A stretch of DNA of 64,000 bases from Lama glama. Taxonomy: Eukaryota. A program made the position numbers and the translations under genes. Positions within the stretch are counted from its first letter, which is position 1, and every line of letters starts with the position of its first letter. Location: the NCBI GenBank assembly GCA_028534125.1, contig CM052817.1, positions 104,968,001 to 105,032,000 of the forward strand, given 5' to 3'. The notes under the pieces were generated by a model that was given only the letters and a program-made list of their open reading frames with translations, did no database searches and was not told the origin of the DNA. This document shows, piece by piece, positions 22,761-35,654 of the stretch.

Positions 22761-24059
22761 AGGAGATGTTTCTTAATTCTTCTGGTTAATCAAAGGCTTA
22801 GGCAGGCCCTGTGGAGCTGAGCCTCAAGGGTATGGTTTTCTCAGCTTTTCCCCCACCTCAAGTAATAGACAACACTTCTTCACACCAAGTGCAGGAACTA
22901 GAGTCAAAGCAAGTTTGTGTCACCTCTCCTCCATGTGGCAGTCAAACTCTGCCTAAGCCCAGTGGGAGTTCTTGGACATGACGGCTTTCCTTGCGTCTCT
23001 CCAGGCTGGCAAACATTCCCTGAGGGAGGGAGAAGGGATCTATTTCATAGTGCATTTGAAGCTATTGGTCGTCTTCCATTGTGAATGTACTAGAAATTCC
23101 TTTCACTGAATGACACTGACGGGAGAGGTGAGGGTTTGAAGACTTAAAGAAACTGACACATTTTGAAATATTTACTGTGGAGGACAAAAAGTTGACTGGA
23201 AAAGTCCTCTTCTTTCTCTTCCTCCTTCTCCATTTCTTCTAGAAGTGGGGGGATGGATATTTTTAAGGGAAGATCATAAGGAAAAAAGCTCTGTGCTGGT
23301 TTTTGACACCAAACATTTGGTATAAAAATACTCATTAGTTCAAGTTTCTTGCCTTTTTTTGGGGGGGAAGTGGGGCAGTCAACCTTCTAAAACATGCTGA
23401 GCAAGGAGTCCCCTGTCTAAGGCAAATCAATTTCATAGTGTAGAATGTTGTTAACTGTAAATTATCCAAGCCTTGTCAATTTTTTATTTTCTTCTTAAAT
23501 TATATTATTAAAGAGAAGGACTTATGCCATGTTGAGATCAAATTTAATTTAAATGCCTTAGAGATGTTGCTAAGGTTAAAATTAAATTCCTTACCTGTTA
23601 AGTTTCTGATAATCTTTCTATTTGTGGTTTGTGCTCTGAAAATTATATTTTACTGAAAATAAATAACCGCTGTTTCTAATAAATAAGTAACTCTGTAGTG
23701 CAAGTAAAAAAATATAAATTGGTTTTGTAGGCATGACAAACCTACAAGATAGTCTTTACATCATTAAAATGAAAACTAGTTTTCTAGTTTTTATTTCTGA
23801 CTTAAAATGGTAAAGAATTATCTAGCCCCTTTTCCTCTCAGCTGCCATAATAATTATCAAGGAAAATGGAACAGGAACATAAATTATAACTTGAAGGAAA
23901 ATTGGAGAAATGTCTAACATCAGATTACTAAGAAAGGGGAAGTGTAGGGAATCCTCTATAAATGCAAAAGGGTTGCATACAATTTGTAGTGAATAATAAT
24001 TATTGTAGGTTTTAGACAAAGCTAGGTCATTTTCTAAAGACATAAATTGTCAGAGTTGA

Positions 24060-26190
24060 GCTCAGAAATGAGGGATAAATCAAAGAATACCAGTTATTAT
24101 TAAAGGAAAAAGAAAAAAATGAATGACAATCTCTGCTTCTAAAACATTAGGTCTGCATGGTTTTTCAGGAAAAAAATCCCTATAAAGTTTAAGAAACATA
24201 TAAGACTAATGTTGTTTAAATTGTGGCATAGCCTACAGAATGGGAGAAAATATTTGCAAACAATGAGACCACAGAGGGATTAATTTTCAAAATGTACAAA
24301 CAGTTCATATGCATACTCAAAAAAACAACTCAATCCAAAATGGGCAGAAGACCTAAAGAGACATTTCTCCAAAGAAGACATCCAGATGGCCAACAGGCAC
24401 ATGAAACGATGCTCAACGTCACTAATTATTAGAGAAATGCAAATCAAAACTAAAATGAGGTATCACCTCACACCAATCAGGATGGTCATCATTAAAAAGT
24501 TCACAAACAATAAATGCTGGAAAGGATGTGGAGTAAAGGAACCCTCCTACACTGTTAGTTGGACTGTAACTTGGTGAGCACTAGTTACAATAATCTAGAC
24601 AGAAGCAAACTAATTATCCATTAACAGATGACTGGATAATGAAGATGCGGTGCATATATATATATGTATATATATAGTGGAATAATACTTAACTCTAAAA
24701 AACAATGAAATACTGCCATTTGCAGCAACATGGATGGACCTAGAAATTATCATGTTGAGTGAAGTCAGTCAGACATACAATGTTTTACATCACTTACATG
24801 TAGACTCTTTAAAAAAGTATACAAATTAATTTATTTACAAACTGGAAATAGACTCACAGACATAGAAGACAAACTTGGTTACTAAAGGGGAAAGGGGTGT
24901 GGGAAAGGGTAAATTAGGATTTTGGGATTAACATATACACACTACTATATATAAAATAGATAAACAACAAGGACCTACTGTATAACACAGGGAACTGTAT
25001 TCAATATCTTGTATAATGGAAAGTATCTGTGTATATATATATGTATATAAAACTGAATCACTTTTCTGTACACCTGAAGCTACCAAATTATACATAAACC
25101 ATTCTTCAATAAAATTTTTGAAAAAATAATAAATTGTACTACAGCACAGAACATGTACAAATGCTTCAGAATTATTTTATGTAGATTTTATAACATTATA
25201 CCAAAATCCAACCAAGACTGCATATACACAACTAGAAAAAATAAACTAATCTCATTTAATAATACTGGTAAAAATCTTAGAGAAAAATATAAGCCTAAAC
25301 AGCTATGCTTTAAAATGAATTACATGTAATACCATGAAGATGTTTATGCCAGCAACTCAATGCTTCAGTATTAAGAAAAGTTTTGTTACAGTTCTTCACA
25401 TGAATAGAACAGGAGAAAAATTATTTAATCTGTTCAATTTTTGAGAAAACTATGATATAAAATTTAAAATTTATTCTTGAGTTAAAAAAACTCTTAATTT
25501 ATAAAATTTCCCTGTATTAAAATCAACTTGAAAACCCTACTAACATTCTCATTGAAATAATAAATAAGATCAAATTCTCCACTATTACTACCATTATTCA
25601 ATATTGTAAGGGAGATAGTGTCAACATATGTTGGTTAAAAAATGTTATTGTATTGGATACAATAAAATAATACTTAATTGCAACGAATGATTAGAAAACC
25701 CTTGGACCAAAGAGCTATACAATTCTGTAATGAATCTGTAAATCTGATATTAATTCCAATATCAAATTTAAAATGAGACAAATTAATTACAAGTTTATGT
25801 GAAAAAATACACCTGTTAAATAACCAGAGAAACTAAAATTGAATAATGGAACCAGAACTAAAGCTAGTAAAAATTACTACATATTTATGTAGAGATAGAA
25901 AAAATAGACTATTTTTAAAAACTCATAAAATGAAGACTTTTCTGTGCATAAGAAATTTTAAAAAACAGAACAGAGAAGACTGTTAAATTACTTACATGAG
26001 GTGCAATATTTTTATGTAGAGCCAACATTACAAATTAAAAAAAAAGTGAAAATATGGGGTAAAATAACTTCAAACACATATTATAGATAAGAGTCTAATT
26101 TCCTTAAAACATAAAAAGGTATCAATCATAAAACAACAAAAGGAAATAAACTGGTAAAAGTAAAGATTTGTGCAAACTATGCAGAAAGAA
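24060..26190 (+). mobile_element. Very old L1 ORF2 fragments (host of the 24233-25129 insertion)
   Basis: Decayed ORF2 blocks (TTATACCAAAATCCAACCAAGAC; ATTATTCAATATTGTAAGGGAG). Confidence 0.55.
24233..25129 (+). mobile_element. Artiodactyl-type L1: ORF2 C-terminus and 3' UTR, inserted in an older L1
   Basis: ORF 24386-24577 [30 protein letters not shown] is the L1 ORF2 C-terminus; imperfect TSD TAAATTGTGGCATAGC / TAAATTGTACTACAGC; about 136-nt internal deletion at 24576/24577 relative to the copy at 45846-46809. Confidence 0.9.
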
Positions 26191-27923
26191 ATTTACTTTC
26201 TTGATTATTCACTAACATTTGATATTATCAAATTTTCTGATTTTTTTTTAATCAATCTCATAGGTTAACAAAATTTGCTGATTACCAATGCTCATAACAT
26301 AGAATTTCCTTTCTGATAATTGGCTATTCATAATTTTACATTTTTTTCTATTAGTGTTGTATTTTGTTTGTATACAAAAATCTCTTGCATTTTCTGAATA
26401 TTAATTTATATTTTTTGGCATCACACCAGTTTTTTAAAAATGTGTTACTCCTTCTGAACTTTATGCATGAAGTCTTTTCTTAGTTATGGATTACCTCTGA
26501 AAAAAAATTAATTTTGATATAATAATATATATCATTAAGTCATTGAAATTAACTGTGATTATAGCTAATTATAGGCTTATATAACTTAATTTTATGTGAA
26601 GTATCAACTCTACTTTTTATTTTTTCCCTTTTTCAAAATAGTTCAAATATATATATTTCTGCTTCACAATGTGTACAGGCTAGTTTTGTTCTCTTAGATC
26701 TCATCCCTGAAACTCACAAACACGTATTTATTTTTCTTATCAATTTTATAAGACTGTAAGTACCCTTGAGAGAAAAACAAACTCACAAGTCACCATTCTG
26801 TGGTGTCCCGTACCCTACTTCCAGCCTTCTATTATGGTGTAATTTTCTAGAAATTTTATTCTAGATTATCAATAAAGAAGAATCTTTTTTCTTCTCCTCT
26901 CCATTTTTTTTTGTCTTATTAGGGCGATAAAAAGTTTCAAACCTACATATTCAGCAAAACTTCCATTATTATATAGTACCCTGCTCGATGCATTTCTTTC
27001 TTGCAGGAATTCAACTTGGGTCTATATGTATTAAGCTTCCTGAAACCTTGTTTTTCTCCTTCACTCAACTGGAAAGAAAAATTGAATTTTGAGGTTTCAT
27101 TTTTTCCTAACTCCATTTTATTTTTCACAAAGTATAACTTATAATGTCAAACTGATTCTTTGCTAGCTAATTTACTTTTTCCCCTGGTGCTTTTAGGATG
27201 TTCCAGGTTTCTTTGATGATTTAAAATTTTGTGACTACAAAATGCATGTGGAATTTTGCTTGGCGCTTTATAAAACCGGAGATCATTCTCTCATTCTGAG
27301 AAATTCCCCTGTAATTATTTCTAAAAGAAATTGCCTTACCAGTATTTATTTCTTGTAAATCTATGAAATTTACATAGATTAAATAAAATTGGAATTATGC
27401 TTCCAACTTCTGTATCTCTTTTACTTTACTTTTAAAATTTCTTCTTCTCTTGCTAACATCTTCTGAGAAAGTTATTTTGCCTAATCTTGCAGGTCAATAA
27501 CTCATCCCTCTCCTGTTTTTATTCTAGAATGCAGTCCATCTGTTGAGTTACTATCTCAACTATTGTTTTTTAGTAATAATACCTTCTATTTGGTTTTTAT
27601 GACTCCTTGTGCCTTCTTACTGCTCCAATATCTTCCCTTATCACTTTGTAAATACTGAATATGCTTTATTTTTCATTATTGTTTATTGCCTAAGTTACTT
27701 CTGCCTCATCTGCTCTCGGGTTTCTTTCTCCTTCAGCTGCAGCATGCCAAAGATTTATCTGATTTTCCTGTGAGTTCTTAGTTTTTTGAAGCTATATTCA
27801 TGGCAGTTGATGACGTGTAGGATGGAGGAGCAGCTAAAGTCTAAACTCAGATGTTAGCTTGTGCCTTGTGTGATGATTCTGAAGCAGGCATGACAAGTGT
27901 GAAATAAAATTCACATTTTGTGG

Positions 27924-28402
27924 TGTCAACTGAAATAAACGCACAGCCTAAAAATTGAGAGTTATGTTTTGTTTGGCGGGAGGACTCAAGCCAGGATGAC
28001 AGCCTCTCGGATGGCTCTGAGGGACTGCTCCGAAGAGGTAGGGCAGGAGCTAGGATATATAGGAGCTTTACAGCAAAGACAAAGTAGTTGGCACATTAAA
28101 AGATTACTTGTTATCTAAAGAAAAGCAGGCATCTCAAGTTAAAGAATTTAGTGCTCTTCTATGTATGGGAGGAAGCAAACATTTGGGCTCATTGAATTCA
28201 TTCCTTTGACAAGCACCTAGCTGCCTAGGACCAGTGTCCCGTCCTTTCTTATTCTGAGTCCCCTCAGGGTGCACCTTTGTGAGTGGCTGCAGAGGCTGGG
28301 CTGCAGGCTTGTCTTCACTGGGGGGTGGCGGCAGCCGCTGATGACTTGATGGCTTCAGCATTCTTTGTTTGCTGATGTGGTTTGCAGTATTTTTCGTTCA
28401 CA
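27924..28402 (-). mobile_element. MER41-like ERV1 LTR (artiodactyl type), apparently young
   Basis: TGTCAACTGAAA...GTTCACA termini; AAAAATTGAGAGTTATGTTTT, GAGGGACTGCTCCGAAGAGG, CATCTCAAGTTAAAGAATTTAGTGCT and TTGGGCTCATTGAATTCATTCCTTTGA resemble MER41_BT-type LTRs; several CpGs retained. Confidence 0.75.
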
Positions 28403-28640
28403 GGAGCAAGACAAGAAAAATTTAAATATAAAGAAATTTTTTCCTCTGACCTTTGGCCTCCTCTCCCCCTTCCCCACTGTGCATTGTGTTTCTGCATTGC
28501 GCATCCATCAAACCTCCCCATCAGCAGAAATACCTGCTCAGCCACAAAGAGTAACAGTCTCCCAGCATCAACAAGACAACTCCTTAAAACATAACATCCC
28601 TCCTTGATCTTGTAAGGGATCTCAATGACACTAAGATCTT
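28403..28640 (+). mobile_element. Possible second ERV LTR fragment
   Basis: TTTTCCTCTGACCTTTGGCCTCCTCTCCCC..CAGCAGAAATACCTGCTC looks LTR-like; termini not identified. Confidence 0.35.
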
Positions 28641-28884
28641 GAGGAAGGCAGTAAGAAAAGGAACTGAAATCTGGACCTATTGTCTGGAGACTTCTTGAAA
28701 AGTTTAAAATTAACCTGCTTAAAATTAACCTAGAGTTGGCCTTAGGAAATACTTTTGCTTGGGTAATGGGAAAGGCTAGGTTGTGGAAACACAAAGCCCT
28801 GACTTGACATAGTATATGTATAAATATCCAGCCACATTGCTTGAGGGACCTGCTTGCTAAATCTTGTTTCTTCTATTCTGTTCT

Positions 28885-28948
28885 CTTCCTCCCCTCCCCT
28901 CCGTTTCCTTCCCCTCCCCTCCCCTCCCTTCTACCTCCCTCCCTCTTT

Positions 28949-29040
<92 letters not shown>

Positions 29041-29115
29041 TCCTTCTTTCTTTCTTTCTTTCTTTTTCTTTCTTTCCTTCCTTCCTTCCTTTTTTTTTCT
29101 TTCTTTCTTTCTTTC
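28885..29115 (+). repeat. Polypyrimidine tract with (TTTC)n tetranucleotide microsatellite
   Basis: Long perfect TTTC run from about 28947, with CT-rich flanks. Confidence 0.97.
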
Positions 29116-29154
29116 GCAAAGTGTTTGCTTCTCAAAGCAGAAAGAGCCACAGAA

Positions 29155-29654
29155 NNNNNNNNNNNNNNNNNNNNNNNNNNNNNNNNNNNNNNNNNNNNNN
29201 NNNNNNNNNNNNNNNNNNNNNNNNNNNNNNNNNNNNNNNNNNNNNNNNNNNNNNNNNNNNNNNNNNNNNNNNNNNNNNNNNNNNNNNNNNNNNNNNNNNN
29301 NNNNNNNNNNNNNNNNNNNNNNNNNNNNNNNNNNNNNNNNNNNNNNNNNNNNNNNNNNNNNNNNNNNNNNNNNNNNNNNNNNNNNNNNNNNNNNNNNNNN
29401 NNNNNNNNNNNNNNNNNNNNNNNNNNNNNNNNNNNNNNNNNNNNNNNNNNNNNNNNNNNNNNNNNNNNNNNNNNNNNNNNNNNNNNNNNNNNNNNNNNNN
29501 NNNNNNNNNNNNNNNNNNNNNNNNNNNNNNNNNNNNNNNNNNNNNNNNNNNNNNNNNNNNNNNNNNNNNNNNNNNNNNNNNNNNNNNNNNNNNNNNNNNN
29601 NNNNNNNNNNNNNNNNNNNNNNNNNNNNNNNNNNNNNNNNNNNNNNNNNNNNNN
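29155..29654. other. Assembly gap (500 N)
   Basis: Run of N. Confidence 1.
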
Positions 29655-30436
29655 TAGTCTATGCCAAGCATTGTTCCAGGTATTAAGTTTTCACAGTGAA
29701 GAAGACAGATGAAACTATCTGCCCTTCTAGAAACTGGAAGGTGCATTTTCTATATTCCAATGTATCTTTAAGGAACTTGAGTTTACCTGCTTTGTTCTGT
29801 GTTTTTAAACACTCCTTTATTACATTCTGTATTAGCGTATACAGAGGTAAAATACATCTCCTTGGGGTGAGTACATTTCTCATTCAATCACTTACTCTCA
29901 TAAGGTCCTTACTGCATTCATCTCTGAATTTATCATGTAAAATACCTTACTTCTCATTCACATTTATCTTTTAAATTTTATTAATTTTTTGTATTTATCA
30001 TAATGGAAGTCATTATACATATAAAATCCGCATAACACAGCTTTATATGTGTGTTTATATATGTATATGCATATGTTTGTGTATATATATACATATATAT
30101 ATATTTAAAAGAATCCTTGCAACAAATTCTTACCACCAAGTTAAGGTAACTGGTTGCTGATACTTCTGAAAATTCATAGTAGGTTCCTCTCAAGCCGATC
30201 TACCGCCTTTCCTCCTTCACTTTTACTCATGCAACTGTACTTTATGTTACCTCTCTTGTATTTCTTAAATGTTTTATCATTTATATGTCTGTGTTTATAT
30301 ATACACGTTTATATATACATAAACTTGTTGTTCAGTTTTTTATGTTTGACCTTTCCAGTTTCAATTTTGAATAGACGCTTGTCCCCAATGATTTGCAATG
30401 GCGTCTCTGAAAAATCGATCTTCAATAAATGTGATT

Positions 30437-30492
<56 letters not shown>

Positions 30493-30510
30493 ATATATAC
30501 ATATGTATGT
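30437..30510 (+). repeat. Compound (TA)n(CA)n microsatellite
   Basis: TATATA...ACACAC run. Confidence 0.95.
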
Positions 30511-31217
30511 ATGTTTTATATTCGATGAGACTCCTTTTGCCTATTCCTGCACAAATATACCAACATTTATAACAAGTCTAACCTGGTACAGCATTTCTGC
30601 CCAACTTCTTTTCCTTGTTGCTATGATATCAAGGCTTTCTATTCAGTACATTATCTTCTTTAATGTTCTGCAAGAAATCCTTTTACTCTTTATAAATTTC
30701 ACCTCATATTTTGCTTTATTCTTTAGTACTTTTTACTGTATTATGAATTCTATTTTTAATTACTTTTTCTAACAGATGGTTTCTTACATACAGAAGTGAA
30801 GTTTCCTTTCATATAGTAAAATTACACCCAGAAATTTATCCATAGTACTTTGGCCACAGATTATCGTATGCATTCTGTGTACCTAGAAGTTTATTTCTTT
30901 GTTCAGTATTTTATTTATTGTTATTATATAAAAATGTTATCCTGCTAACAAGAAATTTCTGTGAAATATTCATTAAAATAATATTGTTACTGATTCTAAA
31001 GGAAACACTTTTACTATTTCTCCATTAGCAGTGACAGTGACTAATTATGTTTTCTTCTACTAATTAGTTAAATTTGATGAAGTATTAAGGCTGTGAACTG
31101 ATCGCTAGTTTTAATAGAACAGAATTCAATGGTGTCTTTGGCCTGGAGTAACTGGGACTAAAATCTGATCATCAGGGCCTTAAGAGAAGGCCAGAAGTAA
31201 AGAATTAAAGAAGTTGG

Positions 31218-31418
31218 TGTATTAGCTTCCTATTGCTGCTGTAACAAATTATTACAAATTTCGTTGCTTAAAATGACAGGACAGTTTAATTCTTTTACAA
31301 TTTTGGAGGTCAGAGTTTCTAAAAAAGGTCCAGCAGGGCTATGTTCCTTCTGGAGGCTCCAGAGAAGAATTTGTTTCTTTGGATTTTCTACCTTCTAGAA
31401 GCCTCCTGGAATCTCTGG
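31218..31418 (-). mobile_element. MLT1 LTR fragment (truncated)
   Basis: TGTATTAGCTTCCTATTGCTGCTGTAACAAATT..GGAGGTCAGAG..TTCCTTCTGGAGGCTCCAGAGAAGAAT. Confidence 0.85.
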
Positions 31419-31950
31419 TAAGACTGGGCAAGGGAAGGAGGGTTGCAGGGAATGGCTAATCAGCTCATGCACAATTCTGATTGGTTGAAGATGAGGTAAC
31501 AGGGTGGTCAACACTACCAACCACTGGGCACTAGAAAGTCTGGGGACCATGTGCTCAGGGTCATTTAATCTAATTTCATCCCTTTGGTGGTGGTTTTTAG
31601 CATCTGAAACACTCAGGAAATATACATGAGATACTAAGATCTGGGTGCTTCAGAGAGGAGCTCCAGTAGAGGATAAGGGGGTGGGGTCTGTCCCAGGAAT
31701 GCCCCACAGGGTCCCACTCTGTTACAAATTTCCCTTTTCCCTTTGTAACCTACCCCAAGGATTTTGTTCCTTCTTATTTCAGTGATATTCCTAACTCCTA
31801 CTGGACTGAGCCATCTTTGCTTCATGAACTTTAAGCACATTTCTCCATCCTCTCCTGTGCTAGGATAATTTAACAGGTCCACCTCAATTCGTCTAGACTT
31901 GCACAAACAAAATAAGGGGGTTGTCTTATGAACACTGCTGCTTTTTGCTC
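31419..31950 (-). mobile_element. ERV1-like 3' LTR (U3 part) with upstream polypurine tract and internal tail
   Basis: Minus strand reads AAAGGGAAAAGGGAAATT (PPT-like, 31727-31744) immediately followed by TGTAACAGAGTGGGACCC (LTR start at 31726); CCAATCAG box near 31480. Confidence 0.65.
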
Positions 31951-32941
31951 TGTAATATAAAAGCTACCAAAGCAAGGAAAAACAAGTGTATTAGACAACT
32001 TTAGAGACAGATAAGAGAAAATCAATATAGCAGTGGTAACAGAAAATAAATGACTACTTTAATATTTTTATGATATAAATATAAGAAAGCAGTATTTTGA
32101 TTGTTTTTATTGAAATAAATAAGAGCAATAGCTCATACTCTTTAGTAACATTTATTTTTTATGTCAAATAATTATCTAAGGCATTTATTAATTTGTATTA
32201 TATAGAGAAGTCTCCTTACAGCTGCTGTAATTTCTTATAAAGTGGATAACTTTTCATGCAGCCATTAAGAAAGACTCTCTATAATGTTTCACATTTCACA
32301 TGTTAGAAGCAAACAGTGGTCACTTTAGATCATGGAAGCAGGGAGAACAGTGGCAACTTTGGAGTATAGAGGACTTCAGATTAACGAGTGAGGGTGGATC
32401 TGTTAAGATCCTTTGATTGTAGATAAGAGAAACCAACTTCACTGTAGTTCAGAAAAAATAGCTTCTTCTTTTATGCAATCCAGTGTTGTCGTAAGAAAAC
32501 ATCCTCTTTCACAGTTTCTATATTCCTTGTGATATTCAAATTGTTCTACAATAACAGACAGGATTCCCTGTGGTTATCACAAAAATGTAGGAGCCACCAT
32601 GGATAGATTAATGAACTGCTTTACAACTTCCTGTCGTGGGGAGGTACTGTCTCATCTGGGTCTTCTGATAGCAGTCTCACAGCTCTTTCCCCAACTACGT
32701 GCGGGTAAATATTTCCCAATGCTACACATTTCTCGGAGGATCTATTGCTGGCCCTCACTCCTGGAAGTCATTTTGGGACCAACTGGTATTCTGTGATTGC
32801 AAGCAAAACACAGCAACTTAACTAAATGGAGGGAAAAATGAATTTTCGATAGGAGTCTAGGTAATCTCATGAGCCCCAAATAGTAACTGAGTAACCTGGC
32901 TCATGGAAGATAAAAACCACTGCAGCTTCAATGACCCCTGT

Positions 32942-33151
32942 CAGGGATGAGCAAGCTTTTTTCCTTACAGAGCCAGATGGTCGATATTTTAGGTTTGTGA
33001 GCCATTTGATTTTTTGCCACTCCTCACCTCTGCCATTGTTGTGTGAAATCAGCCGCCCATGGTATGTAAGCCAGTGAGCATGGCCATGTTCCAACAAAGC
33101 TATTTATAGAAATGGGAGACTGATCCTTTCCCCAGAGTTTGCTGACTTCTG
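32942..33151. mobile_element. MER58A MITE (opposite orientation to 3760-3964)
   Basis: CAGGG..AGAGCCAGATGGTCGATATTTTAGGTTTGTGAGCCAT..CATGGCCATGTTCCAACAAAGC..GTTTGCTGACTTCTG. Confidence 0.75.
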
Positions 33152-34393
33152 GTCTACATCATGACATGATTTTCTTCATGCCGTTTGCCCAAGATTCTAA
33201 AGTTCAGGAAAGAGACCCTCCTTGCACTTTGTAGCTTGCCACTTTTCTGGGGCTAAAAAGTTACTCTGATTGACGGTTCCATCACCCATACATAGATTGA
33301 GTGAGGAGGGTAGGAAGGTTGGAATGATGCTTCCAGTACGAGAGGGCAATACTGAGAAGACAACACTTTATTATATGTTCCTCTAGAAAGAACTCACATT
33401 GTTTGCAATTCTTAACAACCTATGTGATGGAAAAAACTGACTGCTACATTGACAGACATTCACAGTTTAGATTTTCAATCATTCATGAATGAAACTGATG
33501 GTCTATGATATGTTGCCATTTATTAACGTGCCAGGGAATAAAAGAGATGGGAGCCTGGAGGTACTTAGATAATAAAGAAACCTTATCTATAGCCCAATAT
33601 CCAATCATCAATAAAAGTTTGTTACTTTCTATGCATAATCAACACAGTAGTCTATTATCCATTTACAAAAAGGTCACTTCAATATTTTAGTCATTCTTCA
33701 TTGCATTTTAAGTAGGAATTTTTACATGCCAGAGACATTAATACATTCAGTAGAGGTTTTCAGTTCTCCTCAAGCTGCTATTCAAGTGGATATGTATGGA
33801 ATACCCAGTTCTCTTAAGCAAGCAAGGATGAAAACTTCAAAAATGTAATTACTTCCTACAGACAATAGTTCTGTGATATCACATCTCTCTTTTGAATTAA
33901 ATCAGGATTTTGCATTAATCCAAAAAAAGCTGTATCCTATTTAAAGAGTTTTTAATTACAAGGTCTGAACCAGATAGAAAATAGATACATGGAACATTAA
34001 GGGACATAATTATCTAGAGCTGACAATTGGTCCAGATGTCAGATGCAACACCAATAGCTTTACATACAGAAGTGTTTTCAGCTTAAAGAGATTGATTTAA
34101 CTATTTCAAGCAATTCAGGCATAAACAATATTTTCAGATGGCATATGGATGGATAGTGTCAAATGGCTTAAATTTTGAATAATTTGAAAAGTGTGTTTAC
34201 AGATCACACTACATCAGTGATCACTGGGCAAAAAAAAAAACTAATACATGGATATTCTGTTCTTCTTGCTAGAAGTCTACAGGTAGAGAGCTAGAAAAAA
34301 ACATGTAATATTGCTAACTTTAACAATTTTACAGTTGCTAATTATTTACAATATTATTTTATCCTCATCCTGTCATTCATTAAGACCTCTCCC

Positions 34394-34561
34394 AACAACT
34401 TCATACTATACAGCACAGGGAACTCTATTTAACGTCTTGTGGTAACTTACAGTGAAAAAGAACATGGAAACAAACATATGTATGCTCCTCTATGACTGAA
34501 GTATCATGATGTACAGCAGAAACTGACACAACATTGCAAACTGACTGTACTTCAATAAAAA
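34394..34561 (+). mobile_element. Lineage-type L1 3' end
   Basis: AGCACAGGGAACTCTATTT..ATGACTGAAG..GAAACTGACACAACATTGCAAACTGACTGTACTTCAATAAAA; imperfect TSD AGACCTCTCCC / AGACTCCTCCC. Confidence 0.85.
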
Positions 34562-35079
34562 TAGACTCCTCCCGCCAAACCACTTGAACTATATATGTCG
34601 TTTACTCTCATATATCTTGCTTAGTGTCTTTAAGATCTTATTGTGTGTGTGTGTTTATGTGTTTGGGGGTTGGGGAGGAGTAGTCTGAAGCCCTTACAAT
34701 CACTCTCTGACTTTCAGAAGTCCACCTGTCCCACATTCTAATTAGTTTAGAGGAAATGCCCTTACATCATTCAGTAAGTTACTATTTTAATCATTAATCA
34801 ATTATCGAATTTATTTATTAATAACATTGAGAACCTACTTAAAAATTTGTATAATGATCTCAACTCCCATGGAATTTTAGGCTCATGGGAGACCAAAATT
34901 GAACTTCTTCTTTTTATAACTATGATTCCATAAAATTATTCACCCTGTTATACTGTTATTTTTAAATAGTTAATGCATTAATCATTTTTTAAAAACTGAC
35001 TATGTGATTGAAGCAACGATATTATCTCACGATGATTTCTGTCAATTTCGTATTTTAATCTGCTTCTGACAATTTTTAC

Positions 35080-35650
35080 TGTTCCAATTATTTATTGATA
35101 TCTAAAAAATTACCCCAAAATTTAATTATGCAAAAGAACCATTCTGTATGCTCACAGATGCAATGCAGCATTAGGATTGAGACAGGACAAAGGGGGGACC
35201 ATTTTTCTTTGTTCAGTGATGTTTGGAGATTGAACTAACTCTCTACACATAGGGGATAAACTGGCTGATACTTGCTGGTGGTTGATAAGCTGGTTCCTTT
35301 GCTTGGCCTTCAGCTGTAATACAATGCTTGTAGCCCCCCAGGGGGTCAGAGCTTTCCTACAATATGGTCCATGGGTTCCCAGGGTAAGTATCCCAAAGGA
35401 CAGAAGTTGCCAGAAATTGCATTTCCTGTTCTAGCTTAGTCTTGTAAGTCATGCCATGTTATTTCTGCTATGTCATATTTGCTTGAAGCATTTACAAAGA
35501 TCCACCTGGTTTCAAGAGAAGAGAAAAGATCTCCAGCTCTTGCTGGGGTAGAGACAAATTTCTGAGAGAACATGTAAGATTGGAAATACTGTGTCCTTTG
35601 TTGGCAAACACAATTTGCCAGAGTCCACCATCTGGCAACAACAGCTCATA
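35080..35650 (-). mobile_element. MLT1 (G/H-like) 3' LTR with adjacent MaLR polypurine-tract tail
   Basis: AAATTACCCCAAAATTTA..ATGCTCACAGAT..CACAATTTGCCAGA, then GTCCACCATCTGG (MaLR internal 3' end on the minus strand). Confidence 0.65.
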
Positions 35651-35654
35651 TTGG

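Larger units (their letters stand above)
20690..23050 (-). mobile_element. Old L1 (L1M/L1ME) ORF1 and 5' region with nested younger L1 ends
   Basis: T-rich antisense L1 blocks (TTTTCTGAAAAAGTCTTTATTTT; CTGCCTTCAAGATT; ACTCCAATTACACATGTGTTAGAC). Confidence 0.65.

Noticed and set aside
24386..24577. ORF with a recognisable protein sequence
   Set aside because: It is the L1 ORF2 C-terminal fragment, not a host gene
28841..29746. Longest ORFs in the track (200-280 aa; FLSF and KERK repeats)
   Set aside because: Artefacts of the (TTTC)n microsatellite and the N gap
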